DNA of 64,000 nt from Oxalobacteraceae bacterium (GTDB taxonomy: Bacteria > Pseudomonadota > Gammaproteobacteria > Burkholderiales > Burkholderiaceae_D): NCBI GenBank assembly GCA_010024875.1, contig RGFZ01000010.1, positions 4,728 through 68,727 on the forward strand. The letters run 5' to 3'. The notes below the pieces were generated by a model that searched no databases, was not told where the DNA came from, and saw only the letters and a program-made list of their open reading frames with translations. Positions 50,065-59,036 of this stretch are shown piece by piece. Every line of letters begins with the position of its first letter. Within the stretch, counting starts at the first letter, position 1. The translations under genes were made by a program, and so were the position numbers.

Positions 50065-51534
50065 GTGATTCGCGTCACTCGCTCCTCGGTCATTGACGCG
50101 CCCATCGAACGGGTGTGGGCGGTCCTGCGCGACTTCAATAGTCATATCGACTGGCATCCGGCGATTGCGCACTCCGAAATCGAGAACGGTGAAAAGCCTG
50201 ATCAGGTCGGCTGCGTACGTGCGTTTAGCCTGAAAAACGGTGCGGTGCTGCGCGAACAACTGCTGACGCTGTCGGATGAAAACTATGTATCCACCTACTG
50301 CATACTGGATTCGACGATACCGCTCAAACGCTACGTCGCGACAGTGAAACTCTCGCCCGTCACGGATGGCAACCGGACTTTCTGGCATTGGGAGTCGACT
50401 TTCTCGACCCCGCCTGGCATGGAGGCGGAGCTGTCAAATGCGGTGGGCACCGGCGTCTACGAAACCGGCTTCAAGGCCTTGCAGGAGTATCTGCGCAGGC
50501 CGGGCGCGAACAACAAGACGACCAAAGCGCCTGCCAACGTCAGCACACCGACCGGGACAGCGCATTCGATCATGATGAGCCGCCACGGCGGATCGGAGGT
50601 CTTCAGCTTTGCGGAGACGACATTACGCTCGCCACAGGCGGGGCAAGTCACGCTAAAGCATACCGCCATCGGCGTCAACTACATCGATGTCTATGTGCGC
50701 AATGGTTTGTATGGCGCGCTGATCGAATTGCCGGGTACACCGGGCATGGAGGCGGCGGGTGTGGTCACTGTCCTTGGTCCGGGGGTGACGGAATTCGCGG
50801 TCGGCGATCGCGTCGCCTACGCATGCCCGCCGGTCGGCGCGTACACAACCGCTCGCACGATGGATATTGGCCAACTGGTGAAGCTGCCCGCGAACATCAG
50901 CGACGACATCGCTGCTGCAGTGATGCTGAAGGGCATGAGCGCAGAATATCTGCTGCATCGCATACGTCCAGTAAAGGCCGGTGACACGGTGCTGGTGCAT
51001 GCCGCTGCGGGCGGCGTAGGATTGCTACTCTGCCAGTGGGCGTCGCGCCTCGGTGCCAAAGTGATCGGCACGGTGTCATCGGAAGCGAAAGCACAGCTGG
51101 CCGCAGAGAATGGCTGCGGGCTGCCCATTGTCACGCGCGACTACCACTTCGCGGATGCGGTACTGGAAGCGACTGGCGGCAAAGGTGCGGACATCGTGTT
51201 CGACGGTCTAGGCAAGCTGGCGTTTGAGGAAAACCTTCGCGCACTCGCCTTGTGCAGTCATTGGGTGAGCTTCGGTCAGGCCAGCGGCCCGCATGATGCG
51301 GTCGCGCTAGAGCGTCTGGGCAGCAAATCGATTGCATTGTCGCGTCCGGTGCTTTTCCATTACACCGCCGACCTGGACACGCTGAAGCAAATGGCGAGCA
51401 ATGTGTTCGCGGCGATACGCGCCGGCGTAATACAGCCGCATATCGGCGCGCGCTTTCCACTGGTAGAAGCGGCGAAAGCACATGACTTTCTGGAATCTCG
51501 TGCGAGCACCGGCGCGATTATTCTCGAACCCTGA
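50065..51534 (+). CDS. Fusion: SRPBCC domain + quinone oxidoreductase (Zn-independent MDR)
   Basis: N-terminal SRPBCC paralogous to 49606; C-terminal IGVNYIDVY.R.G, PG.EAAG, AAAGGVG, FGQASG, STGAIIL. Confidence 0.88.
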   Translation: MIRVTRSSVIDAPIERVWAVLRDFNSHIDWHPAIAHSEIENGEKPDQVGCVRAFSLKNGAVLREQLLTLSDENYVSTYCILDSTIPLKRYVATVKLSPVTDGNRTFWHWESTFSTPPGMEAELSNAVGTGVYETGFKALQEYLRRPGANNKTTKAPANVSTPTGTAHSIMMSRHGGSEVFSFAETTLRSPQAGQVTLKHTAIGVNYIDVYVRNGLYGALIELPGTPGMEAAGVVTVLGPGVTEFAVGDRVAYACPPVGAYTTARTMDIGQLVKLPANISDDIAAAVMLKGMSAEYLLHRIRPVKAGDTVLVHAAAGGVGLLLCQWASRLGAKVIGTVSSEAKAQLAAENGCGLPIVTRDYHFADAVLEATGGKGADIVFDGLGKLAFEENLRALALCSHWVSFGQASGPHDAVALERLGSKSIALSRPVLFHYTADLDTLKQMASNVFAAIRAGVIQPHIGARFPLVEAAKAHDFLESRASTGAIILEP

Positions 51535-51560
51535 TGTTCTGATTCCTGCACGGAGATAGC

Positions 51561-52040
51561 GTGAAACTCAACGGACTGGCCCACTTGGCGATACGCACCG
51601 CCGATCTGGAAAAAACACTGCAGTTTTATACCGAGGTGATGGGCTTCGTCGAAGTGCCGCGTCCCAGCGGACTGACCTTCCCGGGTGCCTGGCTAGCGTT
51701 GCCGGGCCATGAGTCTGCGGCGATCCTCCATTTTTATGCGGGCAGCGCGGCGGCAGGGCCGGATGGCGGCATCCCGGCAGACAACGATGAAGGTATCGCG
51801 GATCATCTAGCGCTGTCGGCCAGCGGTTTCATCGCTTTTCGTGATCGCTTTATTCAGCACGATATCGCATGGCGCGCGCAGCATCTAAAGGGATCAAATA
51901 ACTGGCAGATGTTCGTGCACGATCCGAACGGCCTGAAGATCGAGCTGGCGTTCAATCAGCAGTATGAGCAAGGCCTGCCGGTGGAAATACCTGAATCTAA
52001 CCGCTACAAGGCTGCCGAACGATTTTTTGCGTCGGCCTGA
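51561..52040 (+). CDS. VOC / glyoxalase superfamily protein
   Basis: LAHLAIRT.DLE..L.FY, DHLAL, QMFVHDPNG..IEL. Confidence 0.88.
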   Translation: MKLNGLAHLAIRTADLEKTLQFYTEVMGFVEVPRPSGLTFPGAWLALPGHESAAILHFYAGSAAAGPDGGIPADNDEGIADHLALSASGFIAFRDRFIQHDIAWRAQHLKGSNNWQMFVHDPNGLKIELAFNQQYEQGLPVEIPESNRYKAAERFFASA

Positions 52041-52076
52041 AGCACTTCTTTCGCAGTCAACCTGTGAGCACGAACT

Positions 52077-52421
52077 ATGGACGCAAACTGGCTCTCTGAA
52101 TTCTGGCGGTCGGCCATGATGTTCCTTGGCCAAAGCGTAGAATCGGCATCGATCGATGCCGGCTGGCTGGTTGGCACTGTCGCGGCGGTGCTGGTGATTA
52201 GCTTTCTGCTGTCGCTGCCAAATCAGTACAGCCTGATGTGTCGGGGCTTGCTGGTGAATTTCGCCGAGTGGGCCGTGGACCGACTGGTGTCGATGATCTT
52301 CGGTTTCATCGGCACCCTCTTCATCGGTTTTTTGTTTGTGGTCAGCCTGATTGCAATCTGCGGCATTCTGGGCGGCCTACTAGTGTTCGGCGTCAAGCAC
52401 CTGCTGGTGGTCTTTCAGTGA
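52077..52421 (+). CDS. Hypothetical membrane protein
   Basis: 114 aa with 2-3 hydrophobic segments; last co-directional gene of the operon. Confidence 0.55.
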   Translation: MDANWLSEFWRSAMMFLGQSVESASIDAGWLVGTVAAVLVISFLLSLPNQYSLMCRGLLVNFAEWAVDRLVSMIFGFIGTLFIGFLFVVSLIAICGILGGLLVFGVKHLLVVFQ

Positions 52422-52441
52422 CCACCAGCATGGTCAGCCCA

Positions 52442-53254
52442 TCAAGCAGAGAAGCTGCAACCCACCTGCCCCAAACTACCAAAGTCGGCATGCACCGCAT
52501 CGCCGGGCTCCACCTTGACCGGCACCCGGCAAGTACCCGTCGTGACGAATTGACCAGCCTTCATCGTCACGCCTATCGATGACAGTTCGTTCACGATCCA
52601 GGTGAGTGCCACACGCGGATCGCCGAGCACGTTGCGGCCATAGCCCGAATCGATCGCTTTGCCATTCAGCGTCACGGTGATGGCCTGATTCAGGTAATCA
52701 AAATCTTTCCAATCGGCGGCGGAAGGGCCCAGGATGAACAGACAGGCGCAGGCATTGTCAGCGATCAGTTGCGCGGTGCCGACCTTCACAAAATCTTCGT
52801 AGCGCGAATCCGGCACTTCGATTGACGGATGCACAGAGGCGACTGCAGTCAACACGTCGTCCACCGTGTACTCGGCCGCGCGAGGCGGCAGATCCTGGGC
52901 GAAGCGGAACGCGAACTCGATCTCGGCCACATGCATCAGATTGTCTTTCAGCGACACGGTCGCGCCAACTGGCAGCAGGCGGTCTTGATAGATGCGGCCA
53001 GCGAGGGGCCCATCGACATTGATATGGCGCTGACCATCGACGCTGGTAGCGGCGATCTTCCAGCCGGACACGGTCTGGCCATTGATCTGCTCGAACGCCT
53101 GCTGTACGGCATAGCCGTCGCGGCGAGTCGAGGGGCGAATATTTTCTGGCAGCGCAGCAAAGCGACCTCTGCGGATCCAGAGTCCGTGCAGGGTGCGCGC
53201 GGCTTCCTGCTGGGCTGAAGTCGGTGCAATCGGGGGATATGCGGGAGTACTCAT
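52442..53254 (-). CDS. 2-keto-4-pentenoate hydratase family (FAH superfamily)
   Basis: GWKIAATS, EIEFAF, IEVPDSRY, ADNA, NVLGDP..AL.W, TTGT. Confidence 0.9.
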   Translation of the reverse strand: MSTPAYPPIAPTSAQQEAARTLHGLWIRRGRFAALPENIRPSTRRDGYAVQQAFEQINGQTVSGWKIAATSVDGQRHINVDGPLAGRIYQDRLLPVGATVSLKDNLMHVAEIEFAFRFAQDLPPRAAEYTVDDVLTAVASVHPSIEVPDSRYEDFVKVGTAQLIADNACACLFILGPSAADWKDFDYLNQAITVTLNGKAIDSGYGRNVLGDPRVALTWIVNELSSIGVTMKAGQFVTTGTCRVPVKVEPGDAVHADFGSLGQVGCSFSA

Positions 53255-53444
53255 ATTGCCTGGTCCTGTTCTTGTTTTAGTAATGGCCGGATCTTACCCG
53301 TCGCCGGGAGGCCACGGGGCTTTGTAATACAAAAAGAGATCTTCACACAAATTCTCAAGCGGGGGCAAACCGGTTAAGCTGGCAGCTTAGAGAGTGTAGA
53401 ACCCTCTGCGCAGCTCCTGCAACAATCACTCCAAGGAGACGAGC

Positions 53445-54287
53445 ATGCCTTCCATCTTCACCCCAGAGCAGCAAATCGCCTACGAGCGTGACGGCTATGT
53501 GCTGGTACGTTCACTGTTTGACCAGGAAGAAATCGCGATACTGCGCGGCGCGATCGAGACGGACCCCCAGCTACAGGCCAGTCTGTATGACCGGCACGAT
53601 GCATCTGGTAAGTCCACGCGCATGGCGACCTGGAACCATCCGGGCGATAGCGTCTATGGGCTGGCGGCCCGGTCACATCGCGTGGTCGATACGATGGAAT
53701 CGATGCTCGGAGGGGAGGTGTATCACTATCACTCGAAGCTGACCGCAAAAGAGCCGCTGGAAGGCGGCGCCTGGGAATGGCATCAGGACTATGGCTACTG
53801 GTACCACAACGGCTGCACTTTCCCCTACATGGCGAGCATGATGCTCGCCCTGGACAAGACCACGCGCGAGAATGGCTGCCTGCAGGTGATTCGCGGGTCG
53901 CATCATGCGGGACGTGTCGATCATGGCGTACTACCTGGCGAGCAAGTGGGCGCCGACCCGCGCCGGGTTGAAGAAATGCTCAAAACCCTTGAACGAGTGT
54001 ATTGCGAGATGGAGCCCGGCGATGGCTTGTTCTTCCATGCGAATGTGATGCATCGCTCGGATCAGAACCGCTCTCCGAACCGTCGCTGGACGGTACTCTT
54101 CTGCTACAACGCGGCGCGCAATAATCCCTATCTGGAGCACCATCATCCGCAATACACACCGCTACACAAGGTCGATGACAACGCAATCAAGATGACCGGT
54201 GTGAAGTACTCGGAAAACTCACCGGATTATTTCCGCAAGAATTTCTCAAATCCACCCGAGCTGAAGAAAACGATGTCCACATCCTGA
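53445..54287 (+). CDS. Fe(II)/2-oxoglutarate dioxygenase, phytanoyl-CoA dioxygenase (PhyH) family
   Basis: HQD iron motif (WHQDYGYW), ENGCLQVIRGSH, H.S..NRS...R. Confidence 0.9.
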   Translation: MPSIFTPEQQIAYERDGYVLVRSLFDQEEIAILRGAIETDPQLQASLYDRHDASGKSTRMATWNHPGDSVYGLAARSHRVVDTMESMLGGEVYHYHSKLTAKEPLEGGAWEWHQDYGYWYHNGCTFPYMASMMLALDKTTRENGCLQVIRGSHHAGRVDHGVLPGEQVGADPRRVEEMLKTLERVYCEMEPGDGLFFHANVMHRSDQNRSPNRRWTVLFCYNAARNNPYLEHHHPQYTPLHKVDDNAIKMTGVKYSENSPDYFRKNFSNPPELKKTMSTS

Positions 54288-54320
54288 AGACAACAACAAT
54301 AACGAGGAGATTTTGCTGTC

Positions 54321-56051
54321 ATGAGCAACGACGATAAAAAGAACAAGCCTTTGCGCAGCACGGCTTGGTTTGGCAAGCCGGACAAAGATGGTTTTCTACA
54401 CCGCAGCTGGACCAAAGCTTCGGGCCATCCTCATGATCAATTCGATGGCCGTCCCGTGATCGGCATCTGCAATACCTTTTCTGATCTCACCTCATGCAAC
54501 AGCCATTTCCGCACGCTAGCAGAGTATGTAAAGCGCGGTGTGTACGAAGCCGGTGGCTTTCCGCTGGAATTCCCGGTGATGTCCTTGGGTGAAGCACAAC
54601 TGCGCCCGACCGCGATGTTGTTTCGCAATCTGGCGAGCATGGACGTCGAAGAATCGATACGCGGTAATCCCATCGATGGCGTCGTGCTGCTAATGGGCTG
54701 CGACAAGACTACGCCGTCGCTGATGATGGGCGCCGCTAGTTGCAACCTGCCGACTATCGGCCTCTCGGGTGGCCCTATGCTGAATGGTAAGTTCCGGGGC
54801 GAAGACATTGGCTCCGGCACCGGTGTCTGGATGATGTCGGAAATGGTGCGCGCGGGCCAAATGACGCAGGAAGAATTCATTGAAGCCGAATCCTGCATGA
54901 ACCGCTCGCACGGCCATTGCATGACTATGGGCACGGCCTCGACGATGGCGAGCATGGTCGAAGCATTGGGCATGGCCTTGCCGGAGAATGCGGCGATTCC
55001 TGCTGTCGATGGGCGTCGAAATCGTCTCGCGCAACTGACGGGCCGACGCATCGTGCAAATGGTGAAGGACAATCTCACCATGGACAAGATCATGACCCGC
55101 GAGGCCTTCGAGAATGCGATCAAGGTGAATGCCGCGATCGGCGGATCGACGAATGCGGTCGTACACCTGCTGGCAATGGCAGGACGCATGGGTGTACCAC
55201 TGACGCTGGAAGACTGGGACAAGCTGGCCAGTCAGTTGCCCTGCCTACTGAACCTGCAGCCCTCAGGCAAATATCTGATGGAAGATTTTTTCTATGCTGG
55301 TGGACTGCCATCGCTGATGAGAGAAATTTCCAAGGAACTTCACCTTCATGCGCTCACCGTGAACGGCAAGACCATCGGCGAGAACATCAAGGATGCGCCT
55401 TGCTACAACCGCGACGTGATCACGCCGATCGACAAGCCGTTCAAGCCTGCCGCAGGCATTGCGGTATTGAAAGGTAATCTCGCTCCGGACGGCGCGGTGA
55501 TCAAGCCGTCAGCCTCATCGCCGCATTTGCTCAAGCATCGCGGACGCGCGGTGGTTTTCGAGAGCACCGAACACTTCCGCGAGCGGATTGAGGACGACAA
55601 TCTCGATATCGATGAAAACTGCGTCATGGTCTTGAAGAACTGCGGCCCGGTCGGTTATCCCGGCATGGCCGAAGTTGGCAACATGGCGCTGCCCAAGAAA
55701 GTGCTGAAGAAAGGGATTACCGATATGGTGCGCATTTCCGATGCCCGCATGAGCGGCACGGCCTATGGCACGGTCGTGCTGCATGTGTCGCCCGAAGCCA
55801 GTATCGGCGGGCCACTGGCACTGGTAAAGGATGGCGATATGGTCGAGCTGGATGTGCCGGGTCGCCGATTGCATCTGGATGTCAGCGATGAAGAGCTCGC
55901 GCGCCGCAAGGCGGCGTGGCAGCCGCCAGAAAAACCTGCGCGCGGCTATGTGAAGCTCTATGTCGAGCATGTGCAGCAGGCGCATCTCGGCGCGGACCTG
56001 GATTTTCTCGTCGGCGGCAGCGGCGCGGAGGTGCCGCGCGAGTCACATTGA
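54321..56051 (+). CDS. IlvD/Edd family dehydratase (sugar-acid dehydratase clade, L-arabinonate dehydratase-like)
   Basis: RPTAMLFRNL, GCDKTTP, GHCMTMGTASTM, GGSTNA, DARMSGTAYG. Confidence 0.92.
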   Translation: MSNDDKKNKPLRSTAWFGKPDKDGFLHRSWTKASGHPHDQFDGRPVIGICNTFSDLTSCNSHFRTLAEYVKRGVYEAGGFPLEFPVMSLGEAQLRPTAMLFRNLASMDVEESIRGNPIDGVVLLMGCDKTTPSLMMGAASCNLPTIGLSGGPMLNGKFRGEDIGSGTGVWMMSEMVRAGQMTQEEFIEAESCMNRSHGHCMTMGTASTMASMVEALGMALPENAAIPAVDGRRNRLAQLTGRRIVQMVKDNLTMDKIMTREAFENAIKVNAAIGGSTNAVVHLLAMAGRMGVPLTLEDWDKLASQLPCLLNLQPSGKYLMEDFFYAGGLPSLMREISKELHLHALTVNGKTIGENIKDAPCYNRDVITPIDKPFKPAAGIAVLKGNLAPDGAVIKPSASSPHLLKHRGRAVVFESTEHFRERIEDDNLDIDENCVMVLKNCGPVGYPGMAEVGNMALPKKVLKKGITDMVRISDARMSGTAYGTVVLHVSPEASIGGPLALVKDGDMVELDVPGRRLHLDVSDEELARRKAAWQPPEKPARGYVKLYVEHVQQAHLGADLDFLVGGSGAEVPRESH

Positions 56052-56088
56052 GGCAGACGCCTCGGTCCGGGGCTACCGCTACAATGGG

Positions 56089-56118
56089 GGCGTCTCCCAT
56101 CTGGGTGGCGCCTTTTTT
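56089..56118 (+). terminator. Possible intrinsic terminator
   Basis: ggcgtctccca-tc-tgggtggcgcc followed by tttttt. Confidence 0.5.
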
Positions 56119-56156
56119 GTTATCGAGACGATTCCCCCACAAATCAAAACAACACC

Positions 56157-57695
56157 ATGTCGAATTCCATCGCTCCTTTCATACGCCTGCATCCGCAGGA
56201 TGATGTGCTGATCGCCCGTCAGCAGCTGGTCGGCGGGACCGCCGTTGAAAACATCACGGTCAAAGGCCTAGTACCGGCGGGTCACAAGGTCGCGGTTCGC
56301 GATATCACCACGGGTCAGCCAATACGCCGCTACAACCAGATCATCGGGTTTGCCAGCAAACCGATCCAGGCAGGCGAGCATGTTCATGTACACAACTGCA
56401 CGATCGGCGATGAGAAAGGCGGCTTCGAGCGCGATTATGCTTTCTGCGCTGACGTGCAGCCCGAGAAGCCGCGCAGACACCGCGAGTTCATGGGCTATGT
56501 GCGCAAGAACGGACAAGTCGCTACGCGTAACTACATCGGTGTGCTGTCCAGCGTGAACTGCTCGGCGACCGTCGCGCGCGGCATTGCCGATTTTTTTTCG
56601 CGACGGATGAACCCGGGCGCGCTCGAAGATTTTCCGCAAATCGATGGCGTGGTCGCGCTCACGCATGGCACTGGCTGCGGCATGGATACTACCGGCCCCG
56701 GCATGCAGCTGCTGCGGCGCACGCTGGCCGGTTATGCGACGCATGCGAACTTTGCCGGCGTGCTGGTGGTCGGTTTGGGATGCGAGAGCAATCAGCTGGC
56801 AGCCTGGCTGGATCACAGTCACTTGGCGGAGGGGCCACTTCTGCGCACCTTTAATATTCAGGACAGCGGCGGTACCGCAAGGACCATCGAGAAAGGCATC
56901 GCACTGATCAAAGACATGCTGCCGATCGCGAATGACTGTTCGCGTGTGTCGTGTGATGTGTCGCATCTGACCGTGGGGCTGCAATGCGGTGGCTCGGATG
57001 GATACTCGGGCATCAGTGCCAATCCTGCCCTGGGCGTGGCGGTTGATTTGCTGGTCGAGCACGGCGGTACGGCGATCTTGTCGGAGACGCCGGAGATCTA
57101 TGGTGCGGAGCACTTGCTGACACGCCGTGCGATTAGCAAAGAAGTTGGCGAAAAACTGGTGCATCGCATACGCTGGTGGGAACACTACACTGCGGTGAAC
57201 GAAGGCGAGATGGACAACAATCCCTCACCAGGCAACAAAGCGGGCGGCTTGACGACCATCCTCGAAAAATCGCTCGGCGCAGTCGCCAAGGGGGGCACCA
57301 GTGCACTACGCGCTGTCTATGAGTATGCCGAACGGGTGACAGAGCATGGTTTCGTGTACATGGACACCCCGGGCTATGATCCGGTGAGTGCCACTGGCCA
57401 AGTGGCCGGCGGTGCAAAGCTGATCTGCTTTACCACGGGTCGCGGCAGCGCCTATGGTTGCGCGCCCTCACCTTCGCTCAAATTATCGACTAACTCTGCA
57501 CTCTGGCAGCGCCAGCAGGATGATATTGATATCAACTGCGGCGAAATCATCGATGGCAGCAGCAGCTTGCAGCAGATGGGGGAGCGTATTTTCGAGCTCA
57601 TGATCCAGACCGCCTCAGGCCAGTCAAGCAAGAGCGAACAGCACGGCTACGGACAGAACGAGTTCGTACCCTGGCAAGTCGGCGCAGTGATGTAA
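56157..57695 (+). CDS. Altronate/galactarate dehydratase family (SAF + UxaA domains)
   Basis: GHKVA, YNQIIG, VHVHN, HGTGCG, CGGSDGYSG..ANP, NNPSPGNK.GGL, FTTGRGS. Confidence 0.93.
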   Translation: MSNSIAPFIRLHPQDDVLIARQQLVGGTAVENITVKGLVPAGHKVAVRDITTGQPIRRYNQIIGFASKPIQAGEHVHVHNCTIGDEKGGFERDYAFCADVQPEKPRRHREFMGYVRKNGQVATRNYIGVLSSVNCSATVARGIADFFSRRMNPGALEDFPQIDGVVALTHGTGCGMDTTGPGMQLLRRTLAGYATHANFAGVLVVGLGCESNQLAAWLDHSHLAEGPLLRTFNIQDSGGTARTIEKGIALIKDMLPIANDCSRVSCDVSHLTVGLQCGGSDGYSGISANPALGVAVDLLVEHGGTAILSETPEIYGAEHLLTRRAISKEVGEKLVHRIRWWEHYTAVNEGEMDNNPSPGNKAGGLTTILEKSLGAVAKGGTSALRAVYEYAERVTEHGFVYMDTPGYDPVSATGQVAGGAKLICFTTGRGSAYGCAPSPSLKLSTNSALWQRQQDDIDINCGEIIDGSSSLQQMGERIFELMIQTASGQSSKSEQHGYGQNEFVPWQVGAVM

Positions 57696-57708
57696 GGGAG
57701 GACTGCGC

Positions 57709-58122
57709 ATGGAGGCGCTGATGACACTGATCGTCTGTCTGTCCGGGTGCGGGCCCTCGGTGTCCCGCGATGATGAATTGGGCCGATTGGCGGGAAGTTA
57801 CACACAACTGTGCGCGGAAATGCAGTACCTCAAGCAAAACCACTGCCCGGAGTTGCAAATACCCGTGATGCTGCAGTGCGTGAATGAGGTGGAAAGTGCC
57901 CTGAGCCTGAAGCGTGCCCGAGAATTCCGCGAGGGGCTGAAGGTACTGATGCAGCGCTACCCCACGGACTTGCCGCCCCAAGTTCAGCAAAAATACAACC
58001 GCGCGCTACCGGGTAATGAAAACGACGCGGCGAAGTCTTGTCTGTGGCTGGCGCAGGAAAACAACCGCCAGCGTTTCCAGCAGCTGCAAACTATCCGCGG
58101 CCTGGAAAAGAAACGCGACTAA
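57709..58122 (+). CDS. Hypothetical protein, possible lipoprotein
   Basis: GGGAGG RBS; hydrophobic N-terminus ending in LSGC lipobox; three further Cys. Confidence 0.55.
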   Translation: MEALMTLIVCLSGCGPSVSRDDELGRLAGSYTQLCAEMQYLKQNHCPELQIPVMLQCVNEVESALSLKRAREFREGLKVLMQRYPTDLPPQVQQKYNRALPGNENDAAKSCLWLAQENNRQRFQQLQTIRGLEKKRD

Positions 58123-58130
58123 GTACCGCC

Positions 58131-59036
58131 TCAGGTCAACCCTTTCTCTTCCCTCACCTGCGCGGCAATCGCCTCCACCTGCTCGTCGCTGATGCCCAGA
58201 CGCTTCTTGAGTTCTTCGAGCTTGATGCGCTCTTCATCGGTAACGATGCCATCGGCTAGCGCCTCGCGTATCTCCATCTCGTACATCACCGCGCGACGCT
58301 CGACCTGCGTGGTGTAGGCCGTCGCTACCACACCGGTAAGGATAGCCGCCAGTGCAATGCCCAGCACCTGGGTCAGTACCACCAGCACGGTACCGAATAA
58401 CGATTGTGGATCGGCATTACCCCAACCCGAAATAATGGTCAGCAAATACCATTTCATCGTGGACGGGATGGAGGGAAAGACTTCAGGCTGCAGATGTCCT
58501 TCGGCGATGTAGATCAGCGACGAACACAACAGGCAGGAGATCATTAGCAGAAACAATGCCGACGTGAAGGAATCGCGCTCGGCTTTGACTGCTTCGACCA
58601 GATCGGTCAGTGCGCTGTTGTACCTCGAGAGCTTGAAAATACGCATCAGCCTGAACAGTCGCAGGAAGCGCAGGTCGAGGCCGGGAAACAGCAGCTGCAG
58701 GTAAAAAGGTATGGTCCCGAAAAAATCGATGAATCCGTAGAAGCTGAAAATATACTCTTTGCGGCCACGCCAGGCACCGCCCTCATCGGCAGAGTACTTC
58801 ATTGCATAAGACCACACACGCAGTACATATTCGGCTGTAAAGATCATGACGCTCACCACATCGAAAATGTGGAAAAAGTCCGCATAGGCCTCGTGCAGCT
58901 CGTGTACAGACTCGAGAATGATCGCGACTACATTGAGCACCACCACGGAGGCGATAAAAATCTCGCAGTAGCGCGCAGCTTTTTCCTCGACGGAGCCATC
59001 GAGTATCTTGTACAGACGTGTCTGGAAGGATTTCAT
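58131..59036 (-). CDS. 6-TM voltage-gated K+-channel-like ion transporter with non-canonical filter and TerB-like C-terminal helix bundle
   Basis: S1-S4 with LRFLRLFRLMRIFKLSR; pore region PEVFPSIPSTMKWYLLTIISGWGNADP; tail LADGIVTDEE. Confidence 0.85.
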   Translation of the reverse strand: MKSFQTRLYKILDGSVEEKAARYCEIFIASVVVLNVVAIILESVHELHEAYADFFHIFDVVSVMIFTAEYVLRVWSYAMKYSADEGGAWRGRKEYIFSFYGFIDFFGTIPFYLQLLFPGLDLRFLRLFRLMRIFKLSRYNSALTDLVEAVKAERDSFTSALFLLMISCLLCSSLIYIAEGHLQPEVFPSIPSTMKWYLLTIISGWGNADPQSLFGTVLVVLTQVLGIALAAILTGVVATAYTTQVERRAVMYEMEIREALADGIVTDEERIKLEELKKRLGISDEQVEAIAAQVREEKGLT

